Assembly: GCA_965208575.1 (NCBI GenBank)
Contig: CBDBOV010000001.1
Coordinates: 160,001-224,000 of the forward strand
DNA: 64,000 bases
Direction: 5' to 3'
DNA from: Spirochaetia bacterium
Lineage (GTDB): Bacteria; Spirochaetota; Spirochaetia; SZUA-6; Bin103
A program made the translations under genes and the position numbers. Shown here in pieces: positions 1 through 9,969 of this stretch. The notes beneath the pieces were generated by a model, which ran no database searches, was not told the origin of the DNA, and saw only the letters and a list, made by a program, of their open reading frames with translations. The stretch's first letter is position 1. Each line of letters opens with the position of its first letter.

Positions 1-11
1 GACGTTGCGAG

Positions 12-149
12 TCACCAACACGGAGCCGCGGGAGCGAGATATGGCGGCAATCCGACAGTCGGCTTCCTGGATCGGTCGGCCCGCGCGACTGAGGCCGTCG
101 GCTCGGGGCGCATGAGTTCGGACGCAACATTCGTGTCAATGACGTACAT
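12..149 (-). pseudogene. Truncated PIN-domain toxin (FitB/VapC-like), N-terminus only
   Basis: ATG at 149 reads MYVIDTNVASELMRPEP (PIN D-T-N motif) directly downstream of a FitA-like gene; similarity is lost after about 22 aa. Confidence 0.75.
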
Positions 150-162
150 GCGAGGCCGTTGC

Positions 163-408
163 TCAGGAAAAATCGGGAGGTTCGCGCATCGGGCCGCGCG
201 GCGGGAGTTCCAGCTCGACACCGCCAAGGGGCGCGAAACACTCGCGGGTGAATTCCGTCAGGTTCCGAAAATGGGGCTTCCCCTGACTCACGGCGTCACG
301 CAAGATGATGCGCGCCTCCTCTTCCATCGAACGGCGGTGCTCGGCGGCGCGTACGCGCAGACGCGTTTTCACATGGTCATCGAGATTGCGGATGGTGATG
401 CTCGCCAT
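163..408 (-). CDS. FitA-like ribbon-helix-helix antitoxin (81 aa)
   Basis: MASITIRNLDDHVKTRLRVRAAEHRRSMEEEARIIL...GGVELELPPR is typical of FitA/StbC; start reassigned to the ATG at 408. Confidence 0.85.
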   Translation of the reverse strand: MASITIRNLDDHVKTRLRVRAAEHRRSMEEEARIILRDAVSQGKPHFRNLTEFTRECFAPLGGVELELPPRGPMREPPDFS

Positions 409-696
409 GGTGACGTCCTCCGTTCCTGCGGTGCCTATTCTATAGGATGATTGCGGTGCAATCAAGTTTGCGGCGGGATGCCGGTGGGGTGCCGGTGTGC
501 CAACACGAGTGGGCCGTCCCCTCGCCCAATCGGAGCCCCAAATCCTCGCCTGAGTTTCGGAGGACCGCCGCCAGCGCCCCTCAGGGCCGACGACTGGCCG
601 ACGGACGGCTCGCGGGAGGGGTGCGACGGGGTGGAGGTCAGATTGCACCGGACGGCTGGCGAAGGACGAGTGGCCAGAATTCCGTAGCTGCTGACC

Positions 697-945
697 GTGG
701 CGGCCCGCTTGGTGCGGCGCACTGACACCTTGGCGGCCGAGCCGGCGTCGGCGCGCACCGAGCTACGCGCCGACGTGGCTGAGGTGCGCCGCGACCTGCA
801 CGCCGAGGCTACGGCCATCCGCGCCGACGTGCACGCCCTGGCGGAGCGGGTGGCGCGCATCGAAGGCACCATGATGGGCCCCTGGCGCGCGGCGAACGGC
901 AGCCCGGCGCCCTCGACCAGCACGGCACCGGAGGCGACGCCGTGA
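697..945 (+). CDS. Small coiled-coil protein, possibly 5'-truncated
   Basis: ELRADVAEVRRDLHAE...LAERVARIEG; same family as 17682, 47360 and 53070. Confidence 0.55.
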   Translation: MAARLVRRTDTLAAEPASARTELRADVAEVRRDLHAEATAIRADVHALAERVARIEGTMMGPWRAANGSPAPSTSTAPEATP

Positions 946-1247
946 CCGACGAGGCTCCCACCGAGCCGACTATACGCGGCGTGGTCTATCGTCTGGACCG
1001 CATGACCGGCCCTGTTGGAACAGTTGCTGTTCGCTTCGTTCAAGGGCGGCGACGCGATCGATTTCCTGGTGCGCTCGCTTCTCGTGCTCGGCGCGACGAC
1101 TGAGGAAGTCGGACGGGTAATCGCAAGGAGTTCGGCGGCGCCGGCCGCTTGAGGAGGCGCCGTAGCGCTCGCTACGCATGCGCACCGGCTACTCCGCGGC
1201 GGCGACGATCGGGTTGCCGAACAAGCCGCGGTCGCCGATGACGCCTA

Positions 1248-1400
1248 GTGAGCAGGAGGATGAAGCGCGCCGCCACCGCGCGGCACGGGTTGACCCTATG
1301 CGGCGACTGCTCGATGGTATTCAGCGGGCGCGGCACCCTGTCGGCGAGATCGTGTTCGATGGCGCGGCGGTAGGCGAAACCGGTCTTCGTCGAGTGATAG
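1248..1400 (-). pseudogene. Degenerate internal integrase fragment with a 24-bp insertion (1285-1308)
   Basis: Matches the AKT..AIE..LAD..RPLNAIE..EARFILL segment of the 19797-21089 integrase. Confidence 0.8.
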
Positions 1401-1480
1401 CGACCACGCCGCCGACGGCGGCTCCGCCCAGTTGGCGTCGGCCCGGATCGCGCCCGGCCCGGCGGCCCGAAAGGGCGCTT

Positions 1481-1499
1481 GTCAACACTGCGTCAACAC
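1481..1499 (+). repeat. GTCAACAC-N3-GTCAACAC tandem repeat in the conserved tail downstream of the integrase (candidate arm-type site)
   Basis: Same motif at 4524-4542, 6876-6894, 10514-10532 and 19703-19721; function inferred. Confidence 0.6.
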
Positions 1500-1574
1500 C
1501 GGTCACTGGCGTGGCAACCGGCCGCATTTCGCCAGCGGGGCGGCCGCCGGCGTTGCGTGGACCGGCGCGCCGGC

Positions 1575-2539
1575 TCACCTTGCCGCCGCCGCGTCGGGGT
1601 GGCCGGCGTCGGGCTGCAGGGTTTGCCCGTCGTCGTGCTCGCACTCCGGGCCGGCCTCCAGGATGTGGCGTCTATGCGGTCGGCGATGAGTTGGGCCGGG
1701 CCGCGGAGCTGGCCGATGGTCCAGTCGGCCGCGTAGCCCTCGGTCACGTCGGTGGGGCGGGCGTGGTTGACCAGCCGCTTGGTCAGCGAACGGGGCAGGG
1801 TCAGCTCGCGGTCGGCGATCGTGATCAGGCAGTTGCGGAAGCCGTGGAACCAGAACTTCCTGCCGCCCGCGCGCGAGATGCGGGCGTAGAGGTGGGTGAG
1901 CACCGACACGTGGCCCGACCGGCTTGCCGGCGACGGGAACACCCAGCCGGTGCCGCCGGTCTCGCTCCGCCGCCACTCCAGGATCGCCGCAAGCTGCCGG
2001 GTGATCGGCAGTTCGAGCGGGGTACCGGTCTTGGTGTGCGGCACGTGCACGACCCCGCGCGCCAGGTCCACGCGCTCCCAGCGCAGCGTCAGTATCTCGC
2101 CCCGCCGCATCCCGGAGTACATGGCAACCCAGAAGATCGAGCGGGTCGCCGGGTCCTTCACCACCGCCTCGATGCCGCGCTGCCAGTAGGGCAGGGCCTC
2201 CGCGGGCGACGAGATCACCCGCCGCACGATCGGGTTGAAGCGCCCGCCCGCCGCCAGCCACAGGTCGACCGGGTTGCGCAGCCCCTCGTGATCGACGCAG
2301 GCGCGGCGGTAGATGGAGCGCAGCAGCGAGATCACCTGGTTGCCGATCGCCCAGCCGTGCTTCCTGGTGAGCAGGGCGAAGCGCGCTTCCACCTCGCGGC
2401 GCTCGATGGCATTCAGCGGGCGCGACACCCAGTCGGCGAGATAGTGCTCGATGGCGCGGCGGTAGGCGTCACTGGTCTTCGCCGAGCGGAAGGACTTGGC
2501 GCTCAGGTAATCCTGGAAAGCCTCGCACAGCGTCGGCAT
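1575..2539 (-). pseudogene. Tyrosine integrase copy lacking the N-terminal arm domain; 2-nt frameshift near 1665
   Basis: MPTLCEAF...GMRRGE...TKTG...FHGFRN...VNHA...TEGY, nearly identical to the intact copy. Confidence 0.9.
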
Positions 2540-2782
2540 TGTGGCGCCGGCAGGAGACCGGGACCAACTGGCGCGTCGACGTGACGAAAGCCGACGCCGG
2601 ACCCGGACACCCGGACCGGATGGTGTTGAATGTTATGCTCAATCTGACATATCCTCGGAGTGATGGAGAGTAGCGGAAGCCGCTCGCATGGCATGCGGAG
2701 AGATCAACACTCCGCCGTTCTCCCAAGCGGCGAGGATCGAAGCGGGAACGCTGCTAGCCAGCGGATTGCCGCTGGCGCGGAA

Positions 2783-3031
2783 TCAGTCGGCTCCGTCTAA
2801 GAGCTTCACGGTGTGGACGAGTAGTTCGTGAAGCTTCTGGCGACCTGCATTAGTGATCGAATAAGGTCCTTGTCCACCCCCGACCGCATGGTGTTGGATA
2901 TAGCCCTTCGTCGTGAGTCGGCGTATCGTGCCTTTTTTGACCGGCCCGGTGGCCTGCCTGTATATCTGCGCTGGCCGTCGTTGCTGGTCGTCGTAAAGAG
3001 CGACAAGCACTTTCCAATCAGAAACGGTCAC
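2783..3031 (-). CDS. Small winged-helix-like protein (82 aa)
   Basis: ...TIRRLTTKGYIQ...YSITNAGRQKL resembles a wHTH wing (Y-x-I-T-x-x-G); lower-GC cargo. Confidence 0.55.
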   Translation of the reverse strand: MTVSDWKVLVALYDDQQRRPAQIYRQATGPVKKGTIRRLTTKGYIQHHAVGGGQGPYSITNAGRQKLHELLVHTVKLLDGAD

Positions 3032-3032
3032 G

Positions 3033-3248
3033 TCAGCGCCCAGGCGCTTCTCTGCTCTGGCGGCGTTCCACCTGCACGTCCACTAGTTCGTCGAGACAGT
3101 CGGCGATCCGTGCCAAGCTGCTTTGGATGGCGAGCAGCACTTCTAGTTGGTTGCTGGCGTCGTGCCCGGCGCCACCCCAAAGCCTATCTCGTAACGCGGC
3201 CTGCTCGGCCTCCCGCTTCTCTTTTCTGGTCTTTCGGTCCCGCAGCAT
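3033..3248 (-). CDS. Hypothetical helical protein
   Basis: ORF MLRDRKTRK...; its stop abuts the next gene; no recognised motif. Confidence 0.35.
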   Translation of the reverse strand: MLRDRKTRKEKREAEQAALRDRLWGGAGHDASNQLEVLLAIQSSLARIADCLDELVDVQVERRQSREAPGR

Positions 3249-3648
3249 CTCAGGCGCAAGATAGGGCGATACCAGACGGTCTGTCAACTTGTCCGAGCGC
3301 GCGCCAGCGCGCGCCCGGCCGTAACCTTCCCTCCTGCAGCACCACCGTGGCAGGAGAATCAAATGCCAATGAGAGTCACGCCGATCTTGGCGTTTGGATC
3401 AGCTTGCGCAGTTGCGGGACGCTGGTGGTACCTCGTCGATCAATTCTAGCAGCTTGGCGCGTAGCCGCGGGATCGTGGACCTGCGGCAGTGCGCGAGGTC
3501 CGCGTTGCCGATAGCGCCGCAGGTAGCCGCAGATGTGAAGTAGGCTATAGATCTTTCAAAATAGCTACTCTGAACTAGGAATAGATACGACGACGTGATT
3601 GATCTATTCCGCTCGATATGCGAGCGTGGGACTGCTAGGAGGTGACCT

Positions 3649-4056
3649 ATGGGGTTTCCGAAAATCAAAGTAGCAGCCTTGGTTCCGCTTCTGTTGGTCG
3701 TGGGGATTGTAGGGTTCGCACATGACGAGGTGCCGTCAGGCACAATCGTAGCGTGGTTTCCGTCACCAGGAGTAATCGTGCCTCCGAAGGGTTGGTTCGT
3801 GTGCGATGGCAATAACGGAACGCCCGACCTGCGCGACAGATTCATATACGGCACGGCGGATGTGGTAGAGGTCGGTATGGATGGCGGCGGCGAAGGCCAT
3901 CAGCACAGCGGTACCACCAGTCACGTCGGAGCGTCTTCTGGCGAGGATGACAAAGACCACAAACGGACAGGTGCACATTCACACACGTTCGAAACAAGTG
4001 TGGATAGCGCTGAACTGCCGCCGTTCGTTCGCTTGATATACATCATGAAGGCGTAA
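3649..4056 (+). CDS. Secreted protein with a phage tail-collar-like domain
   Basis: AGGAGG RBS; signal peptide; VPSGTIVAW..P.GWFVCDGNNGTPDLRDRFIYG; HQH and HSH motifs; C-terminal LPPFVRLIYIMK. Confidence 0.8.
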   Translation: MGFPKIKVAALVPLLLVVGIVGFAHDEVPSGTIVAWFPSPGVIVPPKGWFVCDGNNGTPDLRDRFIYGTADVVEVGMDGGGEGHQHSGTTSHVGASSGEDDKDHKRTGAHSHTFETSVDSAELPPFVRLIYIMKA

Positions 4057-4107
4057 GGAGAGGACCAAATAACTGCCCCACTGGTGGTTGCTGGAGGAGC
4101 AGAGAAG

Positions 4108-4421
4108 ATGACCAAGCCAACGACCATCCGCCTCCTGAGGATGTCTTGAGCGAACTCGACCGGCGCGCCAAGGCGCGCGGCAAGGATCGAGCGACCCTGC
4201 TGCGGGAGTTGCTTCGGGCTGCACTGGACCGGGACAAGGAAGATGAGATCGTAACCGCCTGCGTGTCCGGTCACCTCTCCCTGTCCCAGGCCGCCGCGCG
4301 GCTCGGCGCCGACGCATGGTCGCTGCTCGACATCCTCGCACGGAGGGGCGAGACGGTGAGCGTCTCGTTGGAAGATTGGAGGGACTCGACTACGTCGCTG
4401 GCGCCTGAGCCGCCCGGTTGA
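4108..4421 (+). pseudogene. RHH/UPF0175-like antitoxin, 1-nt frameshift near 4130
   Basis: MTKPTTIRL-PEDVLSELDRRAK...LSLSQAAARLG; second copy at 19263-19567. Confidence 0.7.
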
Positions 4422-4619
4422 GGTTGGCCGACGGCCGGGCTGCGCTACACCGCCGCGGCCGGCTGGTTCGTTTCATCGGCATTGGCGAGGAAGGTCCTCG
4501 GCCGACGGTCCGCACGGGCGCTTGTCAACACTGCATCAACACCGGTCTTTGCGTGACAACTGGCCCGCGTTCGGGAGTGGGGCTGCTTCCAGTGTTGCGT
4601 TGCACCGGGGTGCGCCGGG

Positions 4620-5495
4620 TCACCTTGCCGCGGCCGAGCCGGGATGGCCCGCGTCGGGCTGCGCCGTTGGCCGGTCGTCCTGCTCGCACTCCGGGCCGGC
4701 TTCCAGGATGGCGTCTATGCGGTCGGCGATGAGTTGGGCCGGGCCGCGGAGCTGGCCGATGGTCCAGTCGGCCGCGTAGCCCTCGGTCACGTCGGTGGGG
4801 CCGGGCGTGGTTGACCAGCCGCTTGGTCAGCGAACGGGGCAGGGTCAACTCGCGGTCGGCGATGGTGATCAGGCAGTTGCGGAAGCCGTGGAACCAGAAC
4901 TTCCTGCCGCCCGCGCGCGAGATGCGGGCGTAGAGATGGGTGAGCACCGAGACGTGGGCCCGACCGGCTCGCCGGCGACGGGAGGAAACACCCAGCCAGT
5001 GCTGCCGGTTTCGCTGCGCCGCCACTCGAGGATCGCCGCAAGCTGCCGGGTGATAGGCAGTTCGCAGTTCGAGCGGGTACCGGTCTTGGTGTGCGGCACG
5101 TGCACGACCCCGCGCCAGGTCCACGCGCTCCCAGCGCAGCGTCAATATCTCGCCCCGCCGCATCCCGGAGTACATGGCAACCCAGAAGATCGAGCGGGTC
5201 GCCGGGTCCTTCACCACCGCCTTGATGCCGCGCTGCCAGTAGGGCAGGGCTTCCGCCGACGATGAGATCACCCGCCGCACGATCGGGTTGAAACGCCCGC
5301 CGGCCGCCAGCCACAGGTCGACCGGGTTGCGCAGCCCCTCGTGATCGACGCAGGCGCGGCGGTAGTTGGAGCGCAAGAGCGAAATCACCTGGTTGCCGAT
5401 CGCCCAGCCGTGCTTGCTGGTGAGCAGGGTGAAGCGCCTCCACCTCGCGGCGCTCGATGGCATTCAGCCGGCGCGACACCCTGTCGGCGAGATAG
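4620..5495 (-). pseudogene. Integrase 3' two-thirds with several frameshifts
   Basis: Collinear with about 19797-20665. Confidence 0.9.
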
Positions 5496-5578
5496 GCTCA
5501 GCGAGGGCCGACTCGAACGGAGATTGACATGGCCGCCGCTGATCCATACATTGTCGGGACATTGTACAGGAGGCCACC

Positions 5579-5890
5579 GTGGTGAACTTCAGCGATGTCA
5601 AGGCACCTTCGGACGAGAAGGCTACCGACCACATCGAGATGCGCGTCAAGCCGAGCGACAAGGAACGCTTTGCACGGGCCGCCGAACTGTCCGGTGTCAA
5701 GCTCACGACGTTCGTCAGGGCATCGGCCGCGCGCGCGGCCGAGCGCGTCCTGCGTGAGTATCAGACCACACCACTCTCGGAGCGTGACAGACGGTCGCTG
5801 CTGGACGCGCTCGACAATCCGCCAGCGCCGACTCCGGCGGCTCGGGACGCGGTCCGCAATTACCGCTCCCGGATCGCCAATGCAGGATGA
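5579..5890 (+). CDS. DUF1778 (TacA/AtaR-like) antitoxin
   Basis: AGGAGG RBS; IEMRVKPSDKERFARAAELSG...LSERDRRSLLDALDNPPAP. Confidence 0.9.
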   Translation: MVNFSDVKAPSDEKATDHIEMRVKPSDKERFARAAELSGVKLTTFVRASAARAAERVLREYQTTPLSERDRRSLLDALDNPPAPTPAARDAVRNYRSRIANAG

Positions 5891-6443
5891 TCTCGGCCTC
5901 CCAGCCGCTTCCGATATCGTCATCGAGCCTTTCGATCCCAGCCGCCATGACCGGTCGCGCTTCTCCTGCGGTACCGTCCGCCTCGACAACTTTCTACGGT
6001 TCAGCGCCAGGAAGCAGCAGAAGGACGACTTCACTCGCGTATTCGTCGCCGTAGCCGACGGATCACCCAGGATTCTCGGCTACTATGCGCTGAACGCCCA
6101 TGCGCTCACAACTGGCGACCTCGGGGCCGACCGTCCTCCGCGCGTGCCCAGGTCCGGCAGTATTCCGGCTCTCTATCTCTCCATGATTGCCGTGGATCGA
6201 TACTGGCAAGGCAAGGGCCTCGGATCGGACCTCGCGATCGACGCACTCGCCCGTGCCCGGAACGTCGCCGACGAAGTCGGCCTCAAACTGGTGGTCCTGG
6301 ATGTGATCGATGACGGCGGGAATGAGGCCTTTGTTCGCCGAATGGCGTTCTACCGGCGTCTCGGGTTCCAGAGCTTTCAGGATCGTCCCGAACGGATGTT
6401 CCTCACCATCGGTACGATTCGAGCTATGTTCGACGACGGTTAA
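5880..6443 (+). CDS. GNAT acetyltransferase toxin (AtaT/TacT-like), 187 aa
   Basis: HDRSRFSCG..LDNFL, ILGYYAL, IAVDRYWQGKGLG (acetyl-CoA motif), FYRRLGF; overlaps the antitoxin stop. Confidence 0.9.
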   Translation: MQDDLGLPAASDIVIEPFDPSRHDRSRFSCGTVRLDNFLRFSARKQQKDDFTRVFVAVADGSPRILGYYALNAHALTTGDLGADRPPRVPRSGSIPALYLSMIAVDRYWQGKGLGSDLAIDALARARNVADEVGLKLVVLDVIDDGGNEAFVRRMAFYRRLGFQSFQDRPERMFLTIGTIRAMFDDG

Positions 6444-6476
6444 CAGGTGGGTCGAGGTGTCTTGACGATGGCTGTG

Positions 6477-6800
6477 GCCTATGGTCCAGTCGGCCGCGTA
6501 GCCCTCGGTCACGTCGGTTGGGGCGGGCGTGGTTGACCAGCCGCTTGGTCAGCGAGCGCGGCAGGGTCAGCTCGCGGTCGGCGATGGTGATCAGGCAGTT
6601 GCGGAATCCGTGGAACCAGGACTCCCTGCCGCCCGCGCGCGAGATGGGATAGAGGATGAAGCGCGCCGCCACCGCGCGGCACGGGTTGACCCTATGCGGC
6701 GACTGCTCGATGGCATTCAGCGGGCGCGACACCCTGTCGGCGAGATCGTGTTCGATGGCGCGGCGGTAGGCGAAACCGGTCTTCGTCGAGTGGTAGCGAC
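6477..6800 (-). pseudogene. Two joined integrase relics: catalytic 3' part 6477-6646 and internal part 6653-6800 with the 24-bp insertion
   Basis: WFHGFRN...WTIG, then a copy of the 1256-1400 relic. Confidence 0.85.
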
Positions 6801-6969
6801 CACGCCGCCGACGGCGGCTCCGCCCTGTTGGCGTCGGCCCGGATCGCGCCCGCCCGGCGGCTCGAAAGGGCGCTTGTCAACACTGCGTCAACACCGGTCA
6901 CTGGCGTGGCAACCGGCCGCATTTCGCCAGCGGGGCGGCCACCGTCGTTGCGCGCACCGGCGGGCCGGC

Positions 6970-7720
6970 TCACCGTGCCGCCGCCGACTCGGGGTGGCCG
7001 GCGGCGGGCTGCGCCGTTTGCGCCTCGTCGTGCTCGCATTCCGGGCCGGCTTCCAGGATGGCGTCTATGCGGTCGGCGATGAGTTGGGCCGGGCCGCGGA
7101 GCTGGCCGATGGTCCAGTCGGCCGCGTAGCCCTCGGTGACGTCAGTGGGCCGGGCGTGGTTGACCAGCCGCTTGGTCAGCGAACGCGGCAGGGTCAGCTC
7201 GCGGACGGCGATCGTGATCAGGCAGTTGCGGAAGCCGTGGAACCAGAACTTCCTGCCGCCCGCGCGCGAGATGCGGGCGTAGAGGTGGGTGAGCACCGAC
7301 ACGTGGCCCGACCGGCTCGCCGGCGACGGGAACACCCAGCCGGTGCCGCCGGTCTCGCTGCGCCGCCATTCGAAGATCGCCGCAAGCTGCCGGGTGATCG
7401 GCAGTTCGAGCGGGGTACCGGTCTTGGTGTGCGGCACGTGCACGACCCCGCGCGCCAGGTCCACGCGCTCCCAGCGCAGCGTCAGAATCTCGCCCCGCCG
7501 CATCCCGGAGTACATGGCGACCCAGAAGATCGAGCGGGTCGCCGGGTCCTTCACCACCGCCTCGATGCCGCGCTGCCAGTAGGGCAGGGCTTCCGCGGGC
7601 GACGAGATCACCCGCCGCACGATCGGGTTGAACCGCCCGCCCGCGGCCAGCCACAGGTCGACCGGGTTGCGCAGCCCCTCGTGATCGACGCAGGCGCGGC
7701 GGTAGATGGAGCGCAGCAGC
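6970..7720 (-). pseudogene. Integrase C-terminal fragment with the full catalytic domain
   Basis: ORF 6970-7620 matches the intact integrase; homology stops at LLRS (7720). Confidence 0.9.
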
Positions 7721-7990
7721 TAGGCCGCACGCGGCCACGGCTTGGTGCGCGAAGCTTTGGGTGGGCAGCCAGAACACCTTCCATACCGCCTCAATGCGCG
7801 CGATGGTCTGCTCACCGGCACACAGCCGCAGCCGCATCACACAGTTGTTGCGGTTCATGCGACCGGCAACGTGGACCAGCAACAGGCGGTATTTTTTGAA
7901 CCGCGCACTGCGCTCCTCGGGGCTGAAGCACAGGCCTTTGATCGCGCTGGCGATTTGTAGCTCAGGATCGCCAGCTTCAGCCACGTCGCG
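7721..7990 (-). pseudogene. Transposase C-terminal relic (IS1380-like)
   Basis: RFKKYRLLLVHVAGR...MRLRL resembles IS1380-family C-termini. Confidence 0.45.
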
Positions 7991-8162
7991 TTGACCGCGC
8001 GCCTCTGGCTGGGCATGTGGCCGGCCGCCAGGCCACTCCGTGGGCGTGCTCGACGGTGCCGGAGCTCTCGCAATGGCGCCATTGCCGAATCCGTGGCTGA
8101 TGCGTTAAAGTCCACCAAGTGTGACTTGAAACCACACTGGACGGCCTTCTGGGAGTATCGCT

Positions 8163-8951
8163 GTGACTGACGATCGACTGAGGATTTGGATCGGATTCTG
8201 GAAGGCTGTCATCTTGTCGACCGTTGTTACTGGTGGAGTCGCTCTAGCGTCTGTCCTAATAGACGCGAAGCATAAGGACACCGAACTGCAAATCGAGGTC
8301 AACCGCGAGGATAGGCAATACTTGATGAACTTCCTTGACCGAGCTATGGATGAGAATCTTGAGAGGAGGCATCGGTTCGCACAGTACTTCGCCAACGTAA
8401 CGGTGTCTCCAGAGTACAAGTTAGGTTGGCAGGCGTACCTCAAAGTAGTCGAAACGGAAATAGATGCCATCAAGAGTCAGATTAGTACCGCAGAAGCCCT
8501 GTTGAACCAATCTTCCTCCTCCGCGGACGAACTTGAAGCAGCTAGGGAGCGAATTCGGAGTCTTCAGGAAGAGTTGGAGAGGAATCGAGAACCGATAAGA
8601 CCGAAGGTGCCTACACTATCAGTATTTGGTGCGCTGTCAGAGTACGATCTGAATTGTCCAGAGGACTCAAGAGAGACCGTCTGGAGCGAATCCGTGTCGG
8701 CACCTCATCTACCAGAGTTTCCCAGCAGAGAGTATTATATAACGTATGGTTGTCGCAACTACTTCAATGAGGAAGTGGGCCCATTTGTGTCGTGGTATCC
8801 CAGCGGAAGTATTATTGAAGAAGGCGTGAGTGGGGGAACAACCGTATTGTATTATCCGAATGGCCAGAAGGCAGTCGAGGGTACGTTGGTAATGGAGAAC
8901 GTCTATTCCACGATCAAGAGCTGGAATCCGGATGGGACGGAGAGAGAATAG
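8163..8951 (+). CDS. Membrane-anchored coiled-coil protein with C-terminal MORN-variant-like repeats
   Basis: N-terminal TM helix, coiled coil, then SWYPSGS, YYPNGQK, SWNPDG; lower GC. Confidence 0.7.
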   Translation: MTDDRLRIWIGFWKAVILSTVVTGGVALASVLIDAKHKDTELQIEVNREDRQYLMNFLDRAMDENLERRHRFAQYFANVTVSPEYKLGWQAYLKVVETEIDAIKSQISTAEALLNQSSSSADELEAARERIRSLQEELERNREPIRPKVPTLSVFGALSEYDLNCPEDSRETVWSESVSAPHLPEFPSREYYITYGCRNYFNEEVGPFVSWYPSGSIIEEGVSGGTTVLYYPNGQKAVEGTLVMENVYSTIKSWNPDGTERE

Positions 8952-9143
8952 TGGCCGTACCACCAGATTGCGTCTTACAGATAAATGAGATAAAGATGAC
9001 CACAGTTGATCTTGGCTATGGCCAAACCGGTGACCGCTGTCATCGAGGCGTTGAGATCATTTCTCAATGACAGCTACGGTCCTCGTTTTGTAAGACGTCC
9101 CGTGCCGACACGCACGAACAAGGGTGATTAGGGAGGTGGACCC

Positions 9144-9563
9144 ATGAGGTTCTCGATGTTTAAGGTAGCAGGGCTGGTGATCGGCCTGTTGATCGTGAGT
9201 CCGTCAGTTGTTGCACAACAGGCATTGGAGGTTCGCACCATAGTGCTTCCGGTCGGTGCGATTGTCGCGTTTACGGACAGTTGCCCGGGGGATGGCAATT
9301 GGGAGCCACATCTTCCCGCCGTTGGGAGGTTCTTGATCGGGGCCGGACACAATGCGAAAGCCAGCTATACGATTGTACCGGGCGATACTCAAGATATAGC
9401 GAAGCACAACCATTCGGGCAGGACCGGTCCAGGAGACAGATATAGAACCGTCGATGATGATGCGAGTGATCCGTGGACCTCTGAACGTCGACACCAGCAT
9501 GACATCCATTTAGACTCACACATGCCTCCGTATCTGGGCGTTGTATTCTGTCGGTTGAAGTAG
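9144..9563 (+). CDS. Second secreted tail-collar/fibre-tip-like protein
   Basis: GGAGG RBS; signal peptide (VVA-QQ); LPVGAIVAF..CP...W...GRFLIGAG; HNH and HQH; MPPYLGVVFCR. Confidence 0.75.
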   Translation: MRFSMFKVAGLVIGLLIVSPSVVAQQALEVRTIVLPVGAIVAFTDSCPGDGNWEPHLPAVGRFLIGAGHNAKASYTIVPGDTQDIAKHNHSGRTGPGDRYRTVDDDASDPWTSERRHQHDIHLDSHMPPYLGVVFCRLK

Positions 9564-9666
9564 TCGGATATGGTGTTGTATCCCATGTGATTTCGTCGCT
9601 GGCTTCTCAGAATTGATCGTTGGACAAGAGGAAGGAGAGTCCCGGATAGATCTGTCCGAAGAATAG

Positions 9667-9969
9667 GTGCGAGAAGGAGCTTGGTCAGGACGGCAGGTCA
9701 TCGTCATCCGCAAGCAGGTCGATGGCGGGCGACATGGCAGACTGAGGCGGATCACGGAGTTCGGCATAGTAGTGCAGCAACTGGCGGCGGTACCGGTGCT
9801 CGAAGCTGTCGGCGATTGCATAGAGGAGTACAAGGAGCTGTGCGACGACCTCGGGGTCGAGATCATCGGGCACGCGCTGCAGGCACAGCGGGGAGGAAGG
9901 ACACTCATGACGGTGCTCCTGGAGCCCGCATCAGGGACGCAATTCGAGCATAGTGGGCGATACGGTTGA
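9667..9969 (+). CDS. Hypothetical protein
   Basis: 100-aa ORF with no motif; a competing acidic ORF lies at 9685-9873 minus. Confidence 0.3.
   Translation: MREGAWSGRQVIVIRKQVDGGRHGRLRRITEFGIVVQQLAAVPVLEAVGDCIEEYKELCDDLGVEIIGHALQAQRGGRTLMTVLLEPASGTQFEHSGRYG

Larger units (their letters stand above)
147..1061. repeat. About 915-bp direct repeat, copy 1 (copy 2 at 17133-18043)
   Basis: Near-identical sequence from catgcgaggccgttg to gacgcgatcga at both places. Confidence 0.95.

Noticed and set aside
3649-9563. Prophage
   Set aside because: No capsid, terminase, portal, tail or lysis genes; the collar-like proteins carry signal peptides.
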